Source: an uncultured Acidobacteriaceae bacterium (GTDB taxonomy: Bacteria > Acidobacteriota > Terriglobia > Terriglobales > Acidobacteriaceae). Taken from it: DNA of 64,000 nucleotides. This document shows positions 58,698 through 64,000 of this stretch, in pieces. The stretch spans positions 985 through 64,984 of the forward strand of contig CAXTUR010000001.1 of NCBI GenBank assembly GCA_964247455.1, in the 5' to 3' direction. Every line of letters starts with the position of its first letter. Position 1 is the first letter of the stretch. The notes under the pieces were generated by a model. That model saw only the letters and a program-made list of their open reading frames with translations. It made no database searches and was not told where the DNA came from. The position numbers and the translations under genes are program-made.

Positions 58698-60535
58698 GCC
58701 TTTGCCGCCGCCATGGCCATGGTCTTTAACACCTTGCCACCCTCTTCCACCACATAGAGCTTGTTCGCCGCCAGGTCCTTCAGCGTGTCGACCGTGCCCG
58801 AAGGCCAGCGGATCTCCACCATATCTGCCTTCGCCGCCTTGTCCAGCCCGAAGTGGATGCGCAAATCATTCTGCGAGTAGTAGCTCCCCCCGCTCCGCAC
58901 CTCTTCAATCTGCACGAATGGCTTGCCGCCCAGGATAGTTGTTACGCTGATCCGAGCACCGATTCCCGCACGGTTCGCATTCACCCCTACCGTTCGTATC
59001 TTAATCCAGTTGCGCCCCGTGGTTGAATCGCACCGTAGCAGCTGCGGCAGCGCGTTTACGCAGTTCACTACTACATCCAAATCGCCATCATTGTCGTAGT
59101 CGCCAAAGGCGCACCCACGCGCCGTCGCCGCATCGTTGATCCCCGGCCCGCCCGCCGTGGTTACCTCCTCAAACTGGCCGTTCCTTAGATTGCGATAGAG
59201 GTACTTATGCTGGGCGTACGGCGCGTCGATGTGCGTCCCGTCGACCTCCGGGTACACGTGTCCATTCGAGATCAGGATGTCAAGCCAGCCATCGTTGTCC
59301 ATGTCGAAGAACCCGACGCCCCAGCCGAGATACCGCGTATTTACCCCTAGCCCCGACAAATACGTGTGGTCCTCGAACGTCCCATCTCCCAGGTTCAGAT
59401 AGAGGGAGTCCGTATCCCCGGCGAAGTTCGTCTTGACGATGTCCAGCAGACCGTCGCGGTTGAAATCACCAATCGACACGCCCATGCCCGCCTGCGGCTT
59501 GCCGTCCGGCGAATACGCGATCCCCGCCTCGATCGCCATGTCCTTGAACGTCCCGTTCTTCTGGTTCTGATAGAAGGTCGCCGCAGTCGAGTCGTTGGCC
59601 ACATAGATGTCCGGCCACCCGTCATTGTCGATGTCCGACACCGACACGCTCAGCGCATAGGTCCCAATCGTCTCCCACATTCCGCTTTTCTGCGATACGT
59701 CGGTGAACGTCCCGTCGCCATTGTTGTGATAGAGGATGTTCTTACCGCCCTCCAACCCCGGCGGCCCGCACGCCACTTGTATACCTTTGTAGGCGCACCC
59801 GGCAGCCTCGGGTAAGGGAGCCGTCTTGATGTCGAAATCAATGTAGTTCGCGACAAACAGATCAAGATGTCCATCGCGGTCGTAGTCCAGAAAGGCGCAC
59901 CCCGAGTTCCACCGCGTCTTGCCTGTCTGTATCAGCCCGGCCTTCTTCGTCACATCGGTGAACGTTCCGTTGCCGTTGTTTCGATAGAGCACGTTCTGCC
60001 CGTAGTAGCTGACGAACAGATCGTTCCAGCCATCGTTGTCGTAGTCGCCGACGCAGCACCCCTGCCCCCATCCACTTCGCGCCAGTCCCGCCTTCACCGT
60101 CACGTCTGTAAATGTGCCATCGCGGTTGTTTTTGAAGAGTCGCGACACCGGCTCCTGGCCCTTGGCGAAGCCTTCCAGCCGCGATCCATTTACCAGAAAG
60201 AGGTCGAGCCAATCGTCATGGTCAAAGTCGTAGAACGCCACGCCGCAGCCCGTCGTCTCGAGCAGAAACTTGTTCTGGTGCTCGCCCCCGTAGATCGTCT
60301 TGGCGTTCAGGCCTGCCTCGCGCGCGACATTGACAAAGGTCACGTCAAGCGGCGTACCCGCCACTGGGGAAGATAGGCCCTTGGGCGGGAGTTTCGGTTT
60401 TACCTCGTATACTAGACGCGATCCGATTTGTCCCGCAGCGGGTGCTTGCGCCGCCTGTCCTAAAGCAAGTACGTCGTCGAAGGACAGCACGAGTGCCGTC
60501 GCCGACAAAGAGCGCAGCATTTGCCGGCGGCTCAT
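58694..60535 (-). CDS. CRTAC1 family protein with twin-arginine signal
   Basis: MSRRQMLRSL Tat-like leader; same FG-GAP and ASPIC motifs; start could be 60553. Confidence 0.9.
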   Translation of the reverse strand: MSRRQMLRSLSATALVLSFDDVLALGQAAQAPAAGQIGSRLVYEVKPKLPPKGLSSPVAGTPLDVTFVNVAREAGLNAKTIYGGEHQNKFLLETTGCGVAFYDFDHDDWLDLFLVNGSRLEGFAKGQEPVSRLFKNNRDGTFTDVTVKAGLARSGWGQGCCVGDYDNDGWNDLFVSYYGQNVLYRNNGNGTFTDVTKKAGLIQTGKTRWNSGCAFLDYDRDGHLDLFVANYIDFDIKTAPLPEAAGCAYKGIQVACGPPGLEGGKNILYHNNGDGTFTDVSQKSGMWETIGTYALSVSVSDIDNDGWPDIYVANDSTAATFYQNQKNGTFKDMAIEAGIAYSPDGKPQAGMGVSIGDFNRDGLLDIVKTNFAGDTDSLYLNLGDGTFEDHTYLSGLGVNTRYLGWGVGFFDMDNDGWLDILISNGHVYPEVDGTHIDAPYAQHKYLYRNLRNGQFEEVTTAGGPGINDAATARGCAFGDYDNDGDLDVVVNCVNALPQLLRCDSTTGRNWIKIRTVGVNANRAGIGARISVTTILGGKPFVQIEEVRSGGSYYSQNDLRIHFGLDKAAKADMVEIRWPSGTVDTLKDLAANKLYVVEEGGKVLKTMAMAAAKA

Positions 60536-60884
60536 ACCGCTTGTTGTGTTCACATCCTTCTGCACCGTCCGAGTATAGAGAACCGCTAGCGGCACCGGCA
60601 ACCGTGCCAGACATCCTAGAACTGATTGCAGATGTATCTACCGTTCCTGACTTGGGAACGCTAAAGTCTATGAAATATTGTTTCCGCTCCTATGGTTTAC
60701 AGGAAGCGACTAGCGGCGCATACAAAGGAAACAAGCCGATAAAACGAACAATCCAAGGATCATTGCGCCTGAGGACATAAAGGCAGCAGATAGCCAATAT
60801 CGTTAGAAGATGACCTGTAAAGCCGCTGCGCAGATGTCAATGCAACTTCCGCGCCCTTTTCTAAAACAATTTTGTAAAAGTAAT

Positions 60885-60914
60885 TTGACACGTTCCCTCA
60901 CGAAGGCGTACGGT
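60885..60914 (+). promoter_or_regulatory. Putative sigma70 promoter of terminal TBDR
   Basis: TTGACA-N18-TACGGT preceded by an AT-rich UP-like tract. Confidence 0.45.
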
Positions 60915-61066
60915 TCGGGTTGCTTCATCAAACCAGAAATTGCCGGAGCTTCACCTCCGTTCAAGCTAAACGCAGTTCACGTGTTCAGTGAAACTGTGAC
61001 AGACAGGAAAGATGTACCGAACGCGCTTCACCTCCGGGCGACCGGAGAGTTCAAGGGAGAAACAGG

Positions 61067-64000
61067 ATGCTGCATAAACTTATACGCGGGACCGCACTGG
61101 GAGTGACTCTCCTCCTTTCGGCCTCCTCCAGCTTCGGCCAGGCTGTCTACGGATCGATCTTCGGCACCGTCACCGACACGACTGGTGCCGTCGTTCCCAA
61201 CGCCACCGTCACCGTCACCGACTCCGCCAAGGGAACTTCCGTCACGGCCACCACCAACTCCTCCGGCGAGTTCACCGTCGAGCACCTGATCCCCGACCCA
61301 TACGACGTCAAGATTGCCGCCGGCGGCTTCAAGGGCTATACCCAAACCGGCATCCAGCTCTTCGCCGACACCTCCACCAAGGTCGCGGCCTCGCTGACCA
61401 TCGGCGACGCCGCTGGTGAGTCTGTCACCGTGTCCTCCGACGCAGTTCCGCAGCTTAAAACCGACCGCGCCGACGTGTCCACCGTCTTCGACGCCCGGGA
61501 GATCGTCGATCTTCCGATCCCGGACCGCAACTTCACCAACCTGCAGCTGCTTCTCCCCGGCGCGCAGCAGCTCGGCTGGGCCCACGCGGCCAGTGAAAAC
61601 CCCCAGGCCTCGAAGCAGATCCAGGTCGATGGGCAGGCCTTCGGCGGCGTCGCGTTTGAGCTTGACGGCACCGACAACCAAGATCCGATCCTTGGCATTA
61701 TCGTTATCAACCCGAACTCCGACTCGCTCTCCGAGACCAAGATCACCACGCAAAACTTCGATGCGGAGTTCGGCAAGGCCGTCTCGTCCGTGGTCACCGC
61801 GCAGACGAAGTCCGGCACTAACTCCTTCCACGGTTCGCTCTTCGACTACCGCGAGAGCAACGCTAACCTGGCCCGCGATCCGTTCAGCCAGACCCCTAGC
61901 TCCTTGACTCCCACCAATCCCTTTCCCCAAGGCCTCAAGAATCAGTTCGGCGGCTCCGTCGGCGGTCCTATTTTCAAGAACAAGGCCTTCTTCTTCGCCG
62001 ATTACCAGGGTTTCCGGCAGAAGGTTGGCAGCTCTGTCGTCGCGACTCTGCCTACCCCTCTCGTCACCTCGACCTGTCTCGGAAAGTCCGTCGGTCCGAG
62101 CGGAATCCCCGGCTGTGACTTCAGCGAATACCTGACGCAAGGTCACCAGCTGTATCAAACAGTTGGCACCGGCGCGAACACCACGTATGTTCCTTACGCT
62201 GGAAACGTCATTCCCATTGCCCAGCTCGACCCGGCGGCCATCAAGCTGATTGGTCAGCTTGCCAGCTTTACGCCTAATAATGCGGGTAAATTCCCCAGCC
62301 CGGTAACCCCCAACATCGGTTTGGCTAACAACTACGCTGGCGGGGGCACCGGCATCTTCAACGGCAACCAGTGGGATGTGCGCGGCGACTATCAGTTCAG
62401 CGAACGTGTCCACGCTTTCGGGCGGTTCAGCCGATTCACCGACACGCTCAGCGGCAAGACCCTCTTCGGAGCGGACGGTGGCGCAGGCTTCGGTCTTGGC
62501 GGCTTCGGCGGTACCTCGCTCGGAGCAAACGACAGCTTGGCTCTTGGAGCGGACATCGCCGTCAACAGTAAGCTGGTCACGGACGTTCGTCTCGGTTACT
62601 ACCGGTACAACATAAAAACGGCAAAGTACGATCAAGGTGTACCGCTTGCCCAGCAGCTCGGCATCCCTGGTGAGAATCTTGATGCGGTCACCAGCGGCGC
62701 GCCGGCCTTCAACATCTCCGACGCTGGGGTTTTCGGCGGTCCGAACAATGGTCGGGGCGGCGGTCCGCAGTACGGTACCGGCCTTAACATCACGGCGTGC
62801 AATTGCCCGCTGACCGAGAAGGAAGATCAATTCCAGATTGTCAACAACTGGACCAAAACTCTCGGCAATCACAGCGTCAAGTTCGGCGCGGACATCCGCT
62901 ACGCCCGAAACCTACGTGTCCCGAGCGACAATAATCGCACCGGTGAGATGCAGTTTGCTTCCGACCCGACTTCCAACCCGGCGGCTCCTTCGGGAACTTC
63001 CGTGGGCGGGCTCGGCCTGGCCTCTTTTGTACTGGGAGATGTGACCTCGTTCCAGCGTTACGTGAGCACGTCCACTAACGCCAAAGAGTTTCAGAAGCGC
63101 GACTTTTTCTATGCACAAGACACGTGGCGCGTGACTCCGAAGCTCACCGCCAACCTAGGTCTTCGTTACGAGTTTTACTTTCCTGAGACGGTCAACGCTC
63201 CCGGCAACGGATCGCTGATGGATCTCAACACCGGCTTCCTCAAGGTGGCGGGCATCGGGACCGTTGCAAGCAACCTGAACGAGGGTGTGCCTACGGGCGC
63301 ATACAACCCGCGCATCGGTCTTGCCTATCAGGTAACCGACAAAACAGTGGTCCGCGCCGGCTATGGACGAAGCTTCGATATCGGCGTCTTCGGATCAATT
63401 TTCGGTCACGTCGTCACACAAAACATCCCGGTGCTTGCCAACCAGTCGATCTCGCCCACGGGAGGCAAGACCGCTTCGTCGTTCCAGCTTTCCAATGGTC
63501 CGACGGCCTTTGCCTTTCCCGCGGTTCCTTCCAATGGTTTGCTTCCAGCCCCAGGGTACGCGGTCAGTCCCAAGGCGCGTCCGACTACTCTTCGTCTTCC
63601 AACAATCGACGCCTGGAACTTGAGCGTGCAGCAGTCTCTCACACCCACGCTGTCGATGACTCTCGCCTATGTGGCGAACAAAGGAACTCACACCCTAAGC
63701 GCCGGCGATGGTAACAACACCAACCCCAATGAAGCCGGTATTGTCCTGCCCTCGCAATATAGCGTGTCCGGGCAAACCCTCCACTACGATCCGACGGCCG
63801 GCAACGGCATCTCGGCCAACGGCGGGACAAACAACAGCACCCTTCTTTCGCGCTACTATGGCGGTAAGCTTGCCGCATGCGCGACGCCGGGATACGGGAT
63901 TGTAAATGGGAGTCCTGTCAATGGCGGCGTTGCTTCCGGCGGCTGCGGGTGGACGAACGGCATCAGCTATTACGGCGATGACCAGGACACCCACTTCAAC
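61067..64000 (+). CDS. TonB-dependent receptor (carboxypeptidase-regulatory-like domain), runs off window end
   Basis: Hand translation from ATG 61067: MLHKLIRGTALGVTLLLSASSSFGQAVYGSIFGTVTDTTGAVVPNATV...QTKSGTN...NQFGGSVGGP; absent from ORF track because no stop lies in the window. Confidence 0.9.
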   Translation, partial: MLHKLIRGTALGVTLLLSASSSFGQAVYGSIFGTVTDTTGAVVPNATVTVTDSAKGTSVTATTNSSGEFTVEHLIPDPYDVKIAAGGFKGYTQTGIQLFADTSTKVAASLTIGDAAGESVTVSSDAVPQLKTDRADVSTVFDAREIVDLPIPDRNFTNLQLLLPGAQQLGWAHAASENPQASKQIQVDGQAFGGVAFELDGTDNQDPILGIIVINPNSDSLSETKITTQNFDAEFGKAVSSVVTAQTKSGTNSFHGSLFDYRESNANLARDPFSQTPSSLTPTNPFPQGLKNQFGGSVGGPIFKNKAFFFADYQGFRQKVGSSVVATLPTPLVTSTCLGKSVGPSGIPGCDFSEYLTQGHQLYQTVGTGANTTYVPYAGNVIPIAQLDPAAIKLIGQLASFTPNNAGKFPSPVTPNIGLANNYAGGGTGIFNGNQWDVRGDYQFSERVHAFGRFSRFTDTLSGKTLFGADGGAGFGLGGFGGTSLGANDSLALGADIAVNSKLVTDVRLGYYRYNIKTAKYDQGVPLAQQLGIPGENLDAVTSGAPAFNISDAGVFGGPNNGRGGGPQYGTGLNITACNCPLTEKEDQFQIVNNWTKTLGNHSVKFGADIRYARNLRVPSDNNRTGEMQFASDPTSNPAAPSGTSVGGLGLASFVLGDVTSFQRYVSTSTNAKEFQKRDFFYAQDTWRVTPKLTANLGLRYEFYFPETVNAPGNGSLMDLNTGFLKVAGIGTVASNLNEGVPTGAYNPRIGLAYQVTDKTVVRAGYGRSFDIGVFGSIFGHVVTQNIPVLANQSISPTGGKTASSFQLSNGPTAFAFPAVPSNGLLPAPGYAVSPKARPTTLRLPTIDAWNLSVQQSLTPTLSMTLAYVANKGTHTLSAGDGNNTNPNEAGIVLPSQYSVSGQTLHYDPTAGNGISANGGTNNSTLLSRYYGGKLAACATPGYGIVNGSPVNGGVASGGCGWTNGISYYGDDQDTHFN

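Noticed and set aside
56985-60535. Recurrent DNA repeats suggesting a CRISPR or tandem array
   Set aside because: They are protein-level FG-GAP repeats; no constant repeat-spacer periodicity was seen anywhere in the window
61028-62872. 614-aa minus-strand ORF
   Set aside because: Antisense shadow of the plus-strand TBDR starting at 61067, which has a signal peptide and family motifs

Overview
GC-rich bacterial chromosome segment, most likely Acidobacteriota subdivision 1 (inferred from the large carboxypeptidase-regulatory-domain TonB-dependent receptors, paired CRTAC1/ASPIC proteins and the zf-HC2 anti-sigma architecture). Layout: (1) 1-2454 core genes: ferritin-like gene end, ECF sigma/anti-sigma pair, tRNA-Ala(GGC). 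(2) 2455-16944: a decaying genomic island inserted in tRNA-Ala, closed by a degenerate copy of the tRNA 3' half, with arm-like repeats but no visible integrase. It carries an intact TBDR+PepSY pair, an intact RND efflux/TauE operon preceded by a secreted RPPP-tailed leader ORF, and four pseudogenes (LysR, CzcA, RcnR/FrmR, tandem USP). (3) About 17.0-45.2 kb: a second accessory block forming a coherent aromatic/polyketide catabolic pathway that I do not recognise as described (TBDR, MFS, MBL hydrolase, two-component and single-component flavin monooxygenases, flavin reductase-IclR effector-domain fusion, extradiol dioxygenase, beta-keto acid cleavage enzyme, amidohydrolase-family decarboxylase, FAH, CoA transferase, broken thiolase, prpBCD, icd). 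It is tied together by a 10-bp palindrome (GARCRYGYTC) in four promoter regions and two paralogous TetR regulators. (4) 45.4-64 kb core genes: HU, oxidoreductases, SIMPL, yajC-secD-secF, glgP, rlpA, two CRTAC1 proteins and a TBDR running off the window end. No CRISPR array, rRNA or intact transposase was seen. All family calls come from motif recognition by eye; no database search was run.
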